Of a stretch of DNA of 64,000 bases, positions 38,421-58,195 are shown in pieces (position 1 is the first letter of the stretch; every line of letters starts with the position of its first letter). The translations under genes and the position numbers were made by a program. The DNA is from Bugula neritina. Taxonomy: Eukaryota > Animalia > Bryozoa. The notes under the pieces were generated by a model that made no database searches, was not told where the DNA came from, and saw nothing but the letters and a program-made list of their open reading frames with translations. Location: assembly GCA_964035545.1 (NCBI GenBank), contig OZ037767.1, positions 18,754,259 to 18,818,258 on the forward strand, written 5' to 3'.

Positions 38421-40786
38421 ATAAATAAGTATACGAGCAACATTGTTGATTTATTACTTTATTAGGTAAAGTAATTATACTGATATTTCGGGTACCACTG
38501 TACCCATCTTCAGAGTAGCAATGAATGAAATTCAAAAATTATTACGTTACGTTAGACGTTACAAATCAACAACAAGCTATTGCCAGAGGATTAGATGTAC
38601 ACATTCCTACAAAAACCAACAATATTCATATTAAATCACAACTCGAATCTTTCTACTAACAAATTTCCTCAAATCAACATCAAGTATCTGAAAATAAGCT
38701 TGAAGTAATTAAAGGTAAACTCTTAGATACGTACTCCAAATTTATAAAGATTAAGATGCCAAAATATTTTGATGATGCTCTAAAGAAATTAAAAAATAAT
38801 AAGGATATCGCATTAATAAAACAAGACAAAGGAAAAGGTACTGTTGTCATGAATAAGAAGGATTACATCAACAAATGTTTAGAAATACTAAATACACCAA
38901 AATTTTCAACATGTTCTACAGATCCAACAAAAACTATTGAAAATTGAATACAATTAGAATTACGTAGTATCAAAAAACATTTTTCTGACACTGACTATAA
39001 AAGGATATATCCAACAGGTTCAGCACCTGCGAAATTTTACGGGATAGCCAAAATACACAAACTGAAACAAGGAGGTGGTATAGAAAAGCTACAAATGCGA
39101 CCAATAATTTCTAACATAGGCACTGCATCATACCAACTTGTGAAATACCTGGCCAAAATGCTAAAACCACTCAGTGAATCTGAAAGTAATATCGAATCAA
39201 CTGATAGTTTTCTTACATATATACGACAACTTCATATTCCAGCAAACCATCAACTGATATAATTTGACGTTGTTTCCCTCTTTACTTCTGTACCACTTGA
39301 CTACACGGTTTCAGCAATCATAAATGATATTTATGAGAAACAACGAATCCAAACAACTATACCAAAGAAGAAAATGATAAACTTACAAAACGAGTTCACT
39401 TTACTTTCAACGACATCATTTATACACAGACGGATGGTGTTGCTATGGGATCTCCTCTGGGACCAATAATTGCAAATATATTCATGACAAAACTGGAACA
39501 GAAAGTAATACCAAAATTGAATTCAATGTCACCGTGGGTAAGATACATAGATGACACATTTGCAACAATAGACCCTGATTATATTAACACAACACTCAAC
39601 ACACTTAATAATTTTTATCCTAACATAAAATTTACACCTGAACTAGAAACCAATAAATCACTTTCTTTTCTGGATGTTACAGTTTTGCGACACAATAGCT
39701 CATTGGAAACCACAGTATTCCGAAAGCCAACACATAACGATACATATTTACATTGGAACTCTTTCTCACTAAAAACGTGGAAGCTAAGCACACTAAAGTC
39801 ACTAGTATTAAGGGCTAATAAAATCTGTTCTACTCTAGCACTTAAGACCCAAGAACTAAACTATATTCGAAATGTTTTTGAACATAAAAATGGTTACCCT
39901 AAATATGTTTTAGAGAAAACTATTAACAACATTGGTGACTGACTACTCAGTAAAAAAGACAACAGGAAACACATTTTACTCCAACTGCCTTATAAAGGAT
40001 TACAGGAGAAAAACTAATCCGCTCCCTCAATAAATTAATTACAAACTCTTTCCAAATGAACTCAATGCCCGGATTTTATTTAAATGAACCCCCTTAAGTT
40101 CACATTTTAATCTCAAAGATAAAACCAATAAAGAACACATTCACAACCTAGTCTAAAAAATAACCTGCCCTGAAGCTACCTGTCAACAAACATATGTAGG
40201 TGAAACCGGACGTCGCCTATCACACAGGATACATGAACACTGCCATGACATCAATTCCAAAATTTATCAACACAACTCCACCACTAATCATGGAAACATA
40301 TCAATAGACAATGTAACAGTTTTAAATCATTTATTTAAAGGAATCCACCATCGAAAAGTAGCCGAAGCTCTCTACATTAAACAAATAAAACCGCAACTCA
40401 ATAAACAAAATTACTCCATACCACTAAAACTATATCAATAGCTCCACACTATTCAACTCTCACATAGTTTCACTAATTCTTGCTGTTTTTATATTTGGAT
40501 ATCTATTTTTTTGTCAACTCTAATTTATTTTTTATGCAAAAAAATCAGTATAATTTTTGACCTGCGTAATATATAAAAAAAGATTATCTCCCTAAGTTTC
40601 AATAATTTACAATAACTGCCATCTCTCTATTCTTTGTGTCATGCATAACGTCTAATGTAACGTAATAATTTTTGAATTTCATTCATTGCTACTCTGAAGA
40701 TGGGTACAGTGGTACCCGAAATATCAGTATAATTACTTCACCAAATAAAGTAATAAATCAACAATGTTTCTCGTATACTTATTTAT
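38421..40786 (+). mobile_element. Penelope-like retroelement (RT plus GIY-YIG) with inverted pseudo-LTRs
   Basis: QDKGKGTVVMNK, RPIIS, FDVVSLFT, MGSPLGP, RYIDD RT motifs; TYVGETGRRL..RIHEH endonuclease at ~40140-40440; 141-bp inverted repeats 38421-38561 and 40646-40786; several stops. Confidence 0.93.
40690..40729 (+). ncRNA. Minimal hammerhead ribozyme in Penelope pseudo-LTR (inverted copy at 38478-38517)
   Basis: TACT-CTGAAGA-T-GGGTAC(AGTG)GTACCC-GAAA-TA-TC-AGTA: intact core, loopless palindromic stem III, AUC cleavage triplet. Confidence 0.85.
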
Positions 40787-43700
40787 AATCATATATATAC
40801 ATACATATGTATGTATGTATATATTATAAAGCATATACATTTACATATACATATTGATAGTCTACAATTGGTAAAGAATATATTCTTCATCAAAATACTG
40901 TATACCGCAGCATTTAATATATTTTCAAGAATCCAAAATATCACCACAATAAGCATAATGAAAAGTCAAGGAAATTTCTTACTTTTTCCAAAATTTCCAC
41001 TTTCTGTTTCAACATACTAATATCTTCTTGCAGAGCCATCAATTGCTTTTCTTTGTTGTACACAAAATATCCAAATACTACTGATATTGAAACAAGCATA
41101 AATAGAAATAAAAAATCATACAATCTGATCTCACTCCTTTTCACTCTATCCACTGTTAATGACATTGCCTTCTTGTCGTTTAGTTAAATAATATTTAAAT
41201 GTTATTCACAGAGAAGATAATTTTCAACAGCAGCTTTTCTGTTTTTTAATTAAAGTTGACTCAATACTAGTGTGAGTATAAAAGCATGCTCAACTTGACA
41301 GCAGATGTGTCATTTCTTAAATGAAAAGCATCCGAAGTTGTATAGGTTTTAAGTACTAGTTTACCCTTGCAGTGGGAACGTGTAAATCTAGCAATTATAA
41401 ATATTTAGAGAGCAGTTTTTTATAACTGAACTTTGCAATGTTTAAAGTGGAAGAGTTTGGAAACTAGGCTATGCCTTTGATAAAATAGAAAACAGCAGAT
41501 GCAAGTTCCACATGTTGGCTGCAGTTCAATAAGCTATATAATATGTTCATCCTAATAAAATGCTGCCAATTTTCAAGCATCCAAGTAAAACCATTCTAAT
41601 AGAATAATTTAAACCATGAAAATCATACATAAATAGACGATGCAGCAAAATTAGACTTACTGAGTTTACCTAGTACATATGATTGCTAAATATATATATA
41701 GACAAATACTTATGAACTTATAGCTCTAAAGACATGTAATGATTATAAATGTCGGGTATAATAGGCAAATTTTTTTTTCCTTTTCTGCATATTTGTTGCA
41801 AGTAACTATTTGATGTATTTTGTAATGTTTAGAAAATGTTGCTTTAATATTTTAACAACAAATTTAGCTACAATAGTGTAGAAATTTTATTTTATCAATT
41901 CTGATGTTTTTATAATATGAGACTAATTTTTTCACATGACAAAATAAAGATTATGCAAACTGAAAAATCATTCTTGAAGTATATAAAAATTGTGTACAAT
42001 GATGTGCAATTGTATTCTTTTCTGCATTTCTTTTGTTTAAATTAGACCAATACCTGCAACCAATAACTGGATTAAATCAAGCTTATGAGATGAAACTATT
42101 CAAATTTTAACCTTTGCAAAGTTCATCTAGTATGCTATAACAAAACAGATTTCATTTAACATGCTGAAATCAGCTGAAGACGTTGGACTAATAAATATTG
42201 CGACTTTAACTTAAGTAATTTAAGAGATGTTAAAAATCTTAGTACACCTTCTATAACAGATTATGTATAATTTGAGTTGTGGCAGTGAAATGTCCTGACA
42301 GGTTGATAATATAATTACACATGGTATAACAATAAAACTGTTTAATATAGTACTGATATAGATACCGTTGTTTGCCAAAAAACTAATTTGAGCTTCAACA
42401 ACATTGTCTTTATTCACATTAATACTCAAATCAGTTAAAGGCCTTTTGTTTAGATTTTAACGCTAAAGAAAAACATACTGTTACCGTCCCTATATACAAC
42501 TTCAGAGTCTAGACAATAATTATATGTATAAGAACCATACAGCTAAAACTTACAGGCAGTAAAGCTTGTGCTAATAAAGTAAAAAGCTGAGCTGCACTGG
42601 CGGATATCAAAAGCAGCTGCCCTAGGAGCAGCAGTAAAGCAGCAGCAAAGAAGCAGCACAGTATAAAACTTTTAAATAGCAACTTTTAATAATAGAAACA
42701 GGAAACAATGCATCTGCTGCAACAGTAACAAAAATAATTGTGCTGAAAATCAAGTTCAAAATAGCCAAGTACCTAAAATTATTTGATATTTTTGTTCAAG
42801 TTGGTCTCTGCTAATTACCACTAAAGTGCAGAAGTCTGAATTTAGCAAAGGTTAAACATGAAGAGTGGAATTTTCAGCTGAGTGGGTAAAGAGAGAAAAT
42901 GTAAGAATAGTCAGTTGTTCTCAGTATATTAGCTTACAATCTCATTTGTTTAGTTATATAATAGTATATACTTGCAGTTTACCAACATGCTGCATGAGTT
43001 AATATAATACTGAAAAGCAAATTTACATTATACTATATTATGTTATAGGCTATTACATCATATTAGATTATATTACATTATCCTATAAATTAATATAAAG
43101 ATATATTATGCTATATATACTATGTTATATTACGCTATTTTATAGCGTGCTATATTATTATTTACTATATTATATTACATTTAAACTTAATCCAGTATCT
43201 GGAAATATTTTGTAAACTTTTCTCAATTTTAGTTGCCACTTGGGATATATTTTGTCAAACACCTGCGCTGTGGTGTAAATTACTTGAACTAAAATCTTTA
43301 AGCCGTCCAATGCTTTTTTCAACAGTATTTTTGAGAAAAATTTGCAGCAAATTGATTGCTGCACATACCTAATCACTATTACTTATAATTACTATATGCA
43401 ACACGCTAGTATTCTTTGCTTGTTTCTGCTGTAAATTTTCAGTAATAGGGATCAATAGATAAAAACAGTTACCTATGGAAAATTAAAAAATGAGCCAATA
43501 AAAAAATTTAAATTCAGGCTTCACAAGTTTTTCACTAGGTTTTTTATCAGTGGCCTACAAACTACAAACTACTTGCCATGTTTTGTCTATTATATGCACT
43601 ACTCCAGGTTTTGGACATAGTTTGCTAGTTTAAAAGAAAGGAAAGAACGCTGTACGTAAAGTGAGAGAACTAGATATAATTGCCCTATTTGTAGAACATT

Positions 43701-44813
43701 AGTGAGTATGCCATTGTCAAGCTCTCTTGAAAAAATTCATAACAATCATCAATTCCAGGTAAGAAAACATAGCATGATATAGCATATAAAAACTAAGCAT
43801 TGTCATTTTATTATTGCAAAGTGCAAATTATAATTTGACTTGATCTCCTGAATCTTGTCAGAGTAGTGATGCAAATACTATAATCTTCCCCTCAGTGCAC
43901 AAAATAAGTTAATGTAAATGAAGGAAAAATAAATTATTTGCATACTAACTTTTAGCAGAATAAATATGTTGCCCACATATGTGGGCAATGATAGGACTCA
44001 ATAGATGCATGACCTCCACATGTGTGGACACTATTTTTTCTCATTTATTAAGTCAAAGTTGAAAGGAGTTATAAACTTATGTTTAGAGACATGAAATCGA
44101 TTATATTTATAGTAAAAATATATTATTTGTTGTTAAAACATAATCCATACAAGTAGCTTCAAGAAGTGGCTTGATGAATTGTGTGATGTTTAGCTTAAAC
44201 GATTGTACTCTTTAAGCAAAGTAATTAGCTTTGACTTTGAAAAATTATTTTCTGTAACATTTGATGTTAGTAAATGAAAAATATACTTTTGTGTACTGAA
44301 AAGCTTACTAATTTCAAATACCATATAGCATTCCTGAAACAAATTTTATTAAATGATTGATATTGTTTTCATTATTGAATTTCTTTTATTTAATGAAATA
44401 AATATATATTCACCTAAAAAAAGATCTGGTTCAAATTTATAGCAAAGTAAAGACATTCAAACTTTGACCTTAGATATGTGCTATCAGTTATACTCTAAAA
44501 CAAAATTTACTGAAGTCAATTAAAGGTGCAGACTGTCTTCTTGAAGTTATGTGACAAACATCAAAAGTATAAATACTTATCCCAGCAGGTAGTGTAAAGT
44601 CCAAAGATGTGGTAGTGGAATGCGTACTTAACTCTGGCAGGTCTATTTTATAATTACATTATATAAAGCTTTTCTCATTGTGGTGGTAATCTTAAAGAAT
44701 ATGCATTACTCGAACCATATGTGGAACTTCATTCTCACAATAATCATTTGCTTAAAATTAGTGTGAAAAATTTGGCAATGTACACTCTTATTAAAATCAA
44801 AAACTGAGATAAT

Positions 44814-45523
44814 AACTACGTTTCCATCATTTGCATCATGCAAATGAATTTTTCATTTGTGCTATGGAAATAGTTGCATGTACAAAAACAGCAGACGGAA
44901 ATTCATTCAAAGGGCTCCTCCAATGAAAATTCCATTCGCATTATGAGAATGATGGAACTAGATCTTTTGATTAAATAGAATAAAACCTTTTACATGTGAC
45001 ATAAGCCGAGATCAGCGATTGGGAGGCCTAGTTACATAGTTATATGCTAAAGTGTCTTTTGTCCCATAGCAATTTAAATTATTTTATTTATAATAGCTGC
45101 TATTATTTAACATGATTACCAATCATCTTAAATATATATAACTTTTCTGCGAACCAAAGCATCTCCAAACTAAAAACAAATTGACAGCTATTTTTATTTT
45201 GAAAATTTAAATTACTCTTAAGCTTTAGTTTACTGGTCGCACTATACTTTATGCTTTCATTGATTTGTGCATTTTTATTTTGAAAAAAATTAACTCAAAT
45301 TTTGTCTATTTAGTAAATTTAATCTAGCAAAAATGGAGCAAAAATGGCAATTAATATGTCATTGGGTATGAACACTGACTCAAAGTTGCCCACATTGAAT
45401 TTCATTTTGATCCAGCTGGCACAATTGCAAAGAGAAGATAACTTTGTACAAATTGCATAGGAACGTGGGGTTTTCCTGTGATATAATCCGCATGAATTCA
45501 TTCGCTAGCATGGAAGTGCAGTG
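44814..45523. mobile_element. Second copy of the CACTA/CACTG-type non-autonomous element
   Basis: Collinear similarity to 34378-35469; ends ACTACGTTTCCAT...ATGGAAGTGCAGTG. Confidence 0.65.
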
Positions 45524-45650
45524 AATATATAATTGGCATACAACAGAAACTTCTGCACTAACATCAACAGCACAATGAAAACATCATCAGTCAGCAGTAA
45601 CAGCAATTGCCCAACGTGCACATAGGCCTGACCAGATATAACAGTTTCTG

Positions 45651-45765
<115 letters not shown>

Positions 45766-46509
45766 TATATATGTATGAAGTTGTCTTCCTAATAAACTAC
45801 AATGATATTGATCTCTGAAACAATTGTTATAAAGTTTCTATCTAGTTTTTGATTGCATATAAAAAGTGTTATCAGTACCAATGTTTTTTCAAATACAAAT
45901 AAAATGTGATTTTAATTAATTATTGTGATATATACAAATTGAGGTAATGAATGGTTGCATGTGCTGTTTCGAAATGTGATGACATCACTTTAGATTTTTT
46001 CTGTAACAGATCACGGACAAAATTTGGATAAAAATGAACTATTTTATGATGATATGGCAATAGCGATTTGATTGTCAAAAAAGGCATTCAAAGTTATGTC
46101 TTTTACTGTACTATATGCAATGAGATGACTTATAAATTCCAATTGAGTTTTAACTTATTTTACAATAGTTTATACATATTTAAAATCTTGGAATATATAT
46201 CACCATGCTAGATTGAGCTGCAATAGCTCATAGAAAAATTTAGCCTGAAAAAATCAATATTTTTCTATATAGTAATTATTGTGGTAAAGTAAGGTAAACT
46301 ATAATATACATCAAATTTTATTGGCAAGAACATCTTTAAGATTGAATAAAGACATAAAATAACTGAAATATATTTAACACTTCAATACTAATTGCTGCTT
46401 TATCTGCTATACTACAGATGATCATATTATTTTTTCAATATTAAATTTAGTTATGAAATAAAGCAAATATACTTGTTAGTGTTTGTCTTTCATTTATATG
46501 ACTATACTA

Positions 46510-46868
46510 AATGCCTGGCCACACACTCATAAGAATCACATGAAATGGTCTATTTTACACAAAAAAACACAAGACGTATGATCAAATTTGAGAGAATCCA
46601 TACAAAATTGTGTTCGCTGGGTGTACCCACCAAAGATGATGGACAAAAGAGAGCAATTGACAATAAGCACCACTTGATTATAGAATTTTAGCAACAGTGA
46701 TTATTTCAGTTCTATCACCTTTATGTGTCTAGCAATCTGCTGTTTGTATATCGTGCAAAACCCATTCACTCTGACTATTCATTATAAGGCTGGTCATAAC
46801 GAGAGGATAACTCACAAAAATCTTCACACGAATTTTGTGTAATTTTCCTGAGTGTGTGGCCAAGCTTT
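46510..46868. mobile_element. MITE
   Basis: Inverted ends GCCTGGCCACACACTCA / TGAGTGTGTGGCCAAGC. Confidence 0.7.
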
Positions 46869-47745
46869 AAATCTACAATTGTGATTTGTTAAAGTTTCTG
46901 CTCTTAAAATTTAGTAAGCAGTAAATTATTATAGTTGTACATAGCTCTTGACTTCTACAATTAAAGCCTATGTGGGTGGTACACACATAAATGATTACTG
47001 CTATTAGCAACTCATTCAACAAAGAATATGCAATCTTTTGTCAAATGGTAGTTAAAACAGCTCTCAGATGGGTTAATCTAAAAGCTGCCTCATTATACAT
47101 TTCATAATAATAAACTTTTACATTTTATATACAATTGCAGTTCTTTCATGCTTCCATCAAAAAACTTTTCCTTTATATCAGAACTATAGCATGAAAAACT
47201 ATAAAAAGACCATCAAGTTATTGTACAGTAAAAGTCCACAAAAAAATTTATAATGATAAATTCAATTTATCTGACTAATATTTTAAATAACTAAAATGTC
47301 TGTACTTTATCCATCATTTGATTTATGCATGTGAGAAAAATTTTTATTACTAATTTAAAATATTTTAAAAAAGAACTATTGAAAGTATAGCACTATACTG
47401 CAGGTATTTGCTTAATTTTTCTCATTTGAATTGTTATAATCCTAATTATACAAAATGTAAAATTAGTTAATTAATTTTACTTCACTTGCAAAAAAAATTT
47501 AGCTTCTGACAAAAAGTTATATAATTATTATGTACACACAAAAAGGGTGGTAAATAGCAAAATAGCAAATTATTTAGCAATTTTTTAAAAATATGATATA
47601 TAGGCCATGCAACTATACAATAGTTTCATCATAGTTATAAATAATTTTTTGCAACTAACATAGCAAATTAAGTTTAAAAGACTTTTTAGTTTCGTATCAA
47701 ACTTTTGAAATGTGCAAAATAAAATATCTAGAAAAAAAATTGTAT

Positions 47746-53584
<5,839 letters not shown>

Positions 53585-54567
53585 TTTCTAACTGTCCGTG
53601 AGATTAACTTCAGTCTATTTCCAACAAGAGTTATGCTTTCACATATTAGTAATCTATCTAGCTGTTAGCTAATTGATTACTATAACTATACTATACTAGC
53701 CTGTAATACGCTTACATTCTTTTTTATTCTAGTTGCTAGGACTAGAGTAAACAACAGCAAGCTTACTATCCATAATGGCCAGCACTAACAAAAAAGTTTA
53801 ACTAAATAAATAATAAGCAAACAATGAAATTCTATGCACATTGTCCTTAGTATAACATAGGCAACATAGTTGCATAAAATGTATTCATTAAATGTTTTAT
53901 ATAACAGCTGAGCTCAGATAGATTAAACTTTAGCATACAGTATTTTGTTTTGTTTAAGAAATTAGGCTAAATGCTGTTTAGAAATTAGCCTCTGAAATAC
54001 TTTGCAATAAACTACAATCTCGGCAGCAAGCGGCTGACTGGAGTTGTAAAGTATGTATTGATTTAAATTTGTGTAAAATACTTTAAAGAAACACTGTGGT
54101 ATGTTAACTAACTTTAAGCTACTGTTTTATTGCATTCAATGCAGAAGTTCAATACTTCTAGCTATAGATGGTTAAAAATTTGAAAATTCAAAGCAATATT
54201 TTAAAAGAAATCTTTTATTTTCAAACGGCTGCGCCACTATATTATGTAACATCAAATATGAAAATGGGGTGAATAGAAATATAAGATGACTAAGCACAGA
54301 AATTTCTCACGCTGACGTTAACAACTTTTTATTAAAGTACATGTTATAAGTGTTTATTCAAGCATAACATAACATAACACAAAATTCTAAGTTTTGGCTA
54401 TAATACATAATTTCAAGGCAATTAAACATTTTTATATTGAATCAGTAGGCTGTCACTCACTCTTAATATATTTTCTATACACTATCATGCAGCATTGGAT
54501 ATATAAAGCAATCAGTAGGCATTATTACATGTTCTTAGTAAATGTGGTATTATTGGCTGCTGCAATT

Positions 54568-56357
54568 TTACAGGCAATCTGGTTGGCCACAACTTTGCTC
54601 ACTACCTGCTGACAGTGCATCAACTATTTTGATGATTTCGTTCAAACTTCTTTGATTTTCAGGGTCAGTTGAGTCCTGAATAAACAATAATTTTAGCATA
54701 TGAGCAATATAATTAGCACCATTTTATTATCAAAGTTATAATCTGGTATAGTACTGAAAAGTGTCATAGTACAGTGCTCCCTTTGTAACTCGCTAATTTC
54801 TGTAAGTTCCAAAACCTCTATCTATGATGTATTACGTATAAAATACTAAATTTACCTCACGGATATTTTCAATTGAGCTACTTTTTTCTTATAATACACA
54901 ATATTTGCCACAAAACACTCAAAACAGGGGTCCAAGCCCTTCTAATACCTATGGAATTTGGTGAAATATAGAGGGAGCACTGTAATTGTGGAATGGCAAT
55001 CATTTATCTCAGAGTTGTCCTTCCATTTGTGCAAAGTCTCATCTCTATTTCTAGCAACACAATTATACAATAGTTTCAGTACCTGTAATTAATGCTTATA
55101 ACATTTTCAAATTGTTTTTTTCAACATCAAAATTTAATTTAGGAGTTATCTCTGCGATTGATGATTTGAATACAAATTAATGTAATTTAAACTATGAAAA
55201 AACTTAAATACATAAATGCTCACCATGCAGTAATCATATAACTAGTTCAACTTTTGTAAGGGGACAATATTCATGTTTTCTAAAATGCTTTTTTTAAGCA
55301 TAACCAAGTACACTTGCGGAAACACTAATAATATGCGTCACATTATTAGTGTTTGTGCAGATTTCTACAAGCAAATCAAACCATATATCATCCTGATACT
55401 TTGACAGCATTTGTAAAGGCGAGAATACCTAAAGATTATTTGGTGTTTATTTTATAGCCCAAGATTGGCAGCAGTAAAACTAATCATGTAAACATGCAGA
55501 CAATCTAAACAGATGCAGTCCACCATGCAGTTATATTACTGCTACTAGCTTTACAGATTCCTCTAATCTTAACTAGGGTATAGAGCTATAAGCATTACTC
55601 TCACCCTACAAAAGCTTGCTTCATCATTATCATTCAGTGGACTCAAACAGCTTTCAGTGTCCAAATCATCTTTGAAATCTTCTTGCGAAAATCTGTATTC
55701 ATGTTTCAAATGAAATTCAGATTCTCGTTGGAATTGAATCGTCTCCAGCAATAGGTCTGCATGCTTCACTCTAGCACTCTCCAGTAGTTGCTTCAAACTC
55801 TTTAAATATCTTTCATTCCTTTCCAACTTTTTTCTTTCAGTATGAGAATATTTTGCTATTTTAGGATTCCCCAAGCCATTATTTAATAAAGTAGCTATGC
55901 CGTTAGTGTTATAGCTAGTCAGACTTGGTGGTTGGCTACTTGCATCCTGTGATGCATCTGGGACTTGTGTATCACCAGAACCAATTGTGTTGACTGACTC
56001 GTATTCTGTGACAGAAGATGTGGATACCTTTGTGGTTTCTCTTGTGTAAGTTATTCCAAGGTAGGTTTGACAACTCCTGGTCTCAGATAAACTCCCTCCA
56101 TTGTCTAAAAACTGAGTGTCAGCTGAATCTTTGAGCGTATCACCATCATAGGAAGCAATATCATCAACTTCCTTTAATTCCACAAAGTCTATCGCATTTT
56201 CTTTCAAACAGCTGGTAGCCGTGTCAGTTGATGAGGCTTGAGGAGGCGTTTTACCAGTTTTGCTTTCCTGGCTACTCTTTCTGTTGAAGTTTGATGACCT
56301 GCTAGTCTTTGCGGTTGGTAAAGGGAGAACTTTAAGAAAGCCATTGAGTTCTTCATT
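54568..56357 (-). CDS. 3' part of an uncharacterised gene (S/T/acidic-rich, short coiled coil)
   Basis: 753-bp open exon 56357-55605 bounded by AG/GT, splicing in phase 0 to terminal exon 54675-54568 (DSTDPENQ...QPDCL*). No start-containing upstream exon found. Confidence 0.55.
54772..54982. mobile_element. Tc1/mariner/pogo-type MITE
   Basis: TIR CAGTGCTCCCT / AGGGAGCACTG with TA on both sides. Confidence 0.8.
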
Positions 56358-57073
56358 CTATAACAGAACAACAATAAAATATTTAAAAAACGCAGTATTT
56401 TCTAATACCCTTCTATATTATTCTAGCAGGACCCTGAGTATGAGTAGTTGTTGGCATGCAGAGAGATGTAGTGTTGTGTTTACACAGCAGTTCCTGTGCT
56501 GTCGTGGTTGCTTGCCTGCTTGCAAGACGGAGGTCTCAATTGTTCAAACCTCAGTGGGGGGTAAAAGTGTTGTAAAAGGGTAGAGCACTAAAAGAATAAT
56601 GTGAAATACTAACCGGTAGCTTGCATGTTGGAGGTAATAAAAGGGTATAGTGTAGAGTAATGCATAGTATTGCACATGCTATCAAAGGCAATATGTATGC
56701 AAAAAATAAAAGCCTTTATAATTATTTATAAATATATATTCTTGGAACAGATATTTATGATTTGTAATACAATTGAACCATTACTTAGCACACGATCCAA
56801 TGTTTATTTGGTTTGTAAAATAAAATTAAGAAAATAATTTGCTGAAGAATTTTAAGTTTATGCAGTACTTTAGACATATGAAGGAACTATAACACAGAGG
56901 TGAATGTAGTATTATATATATTTTTTAGGTAGATGTAGCTACTTTTCTTTAATTAGCTGCTTGCTCATTCAATAACACATACAAGTATGTCTGTTCTGGG
57001 CATACATTAATAGAAGCATGCATAGCTATACAATATGTTTATGATGCGACTTTGTATGATAAGGCTATTGGCC

Positions 57074-57118
<45 letters not shown>

Positions 57119-58059
57119 TTGACTAAAACTGATTTATGCTGAGATTCGTCTTCATAATATATTAATTAGTCAAGTACAGAAAGATATTATTCAAAAGTTT
57201 ACCTAAAATTATTGAGAATAAAATAATTAAGTAACCTCATAATGTTTCAAAATATTTAGAAACAAAATGATGAATGAATAAAAAACCTGTGTATACACAT
57301 ACATATATTTTGCATGTATATAATGTGCAACAATGTTGAATATATAAAAATTCATTTACCTTAATCTTAGGAATAAGAAAGTTCATGTTTAGCAATTAGT
57401 CAAACACTTCAAATTTGAGGAATAAAGCATCTCATTTTTCCACTTCTGACTTGTTTCACTGACAGATTTATGTTAACAGATAATTATTCATTTTGTTATT
57501 CATGCAACCAGTACTTATAAATATATCAAAGCATCTTTGATATAATAATATTATACCCATATATGTTTATGTGCTAATTATAAGTTTAGTAGCTGTACAA
57601 TGTGTATTCGTATTGATTTTAAAACATAAAATTTTCTCTAAAATTACATATAATAACGGAGTTGTCGTTGATAAAAGTTTTAAAAATGGCATCATAATTA
57701 TTAGGAATACTTTGATAGCAATTAAATGAGATTAAGATCATTAAATGATTTAAAGAAATAAAATTTGACTATAACATGTCAATTACAAATTTGTCAAGGT
57801 TATACATTACTATAATTAGCCGAACATTAACTTAAAGGGTGAAAGCAATTGTTCACAATTATATTGTTTCACTTTTAGATATATTTGATAACTTTATGAG
57901 GTTTGACAACACTGGTAAAAAGCTACAATAACAAAATCTCACAACAATAATAATTATATTATTGCTTATATAAAAATATATAACAACATGAAGCATGCAT
58001 GATATAACACATGACCATAATAAAATAATGTTGTATAGCGTGAAGCTGTCAGCAATATA

Positions 58060-58195
58060 TTTAGTCAGAGATCAGAGGTCAGAGATAACAGGTCATAGGT
58101 CACAGGTCACAGTTCACAGGTCACATGTCACAGTTTACAGTTCACAGGTCACAGTTCACAGGTCACAATTTACAGGTCACAGTTCACAGGTACAG
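58060..58195. repeat. Heptamer tandem repeat (TCACAGG/TCACAGT)
   Basis: Directly visible; supplies the last codons and stop of the CTHRC1-domain gene model. Confidence 0.9.

Noticed and set aside
42220-43376. Short minus-strand ORFs, one hydrophobic
   Set aside because: Could not build a phase-consistent gene model or recognise a domain.
53716-53784. Hydrophobic exon-like segment as signal peptide of the CUB-TIR gene
   Set aside because: No in-frame ATG; exon 53584-53561 already supplies a complete signal peptide.
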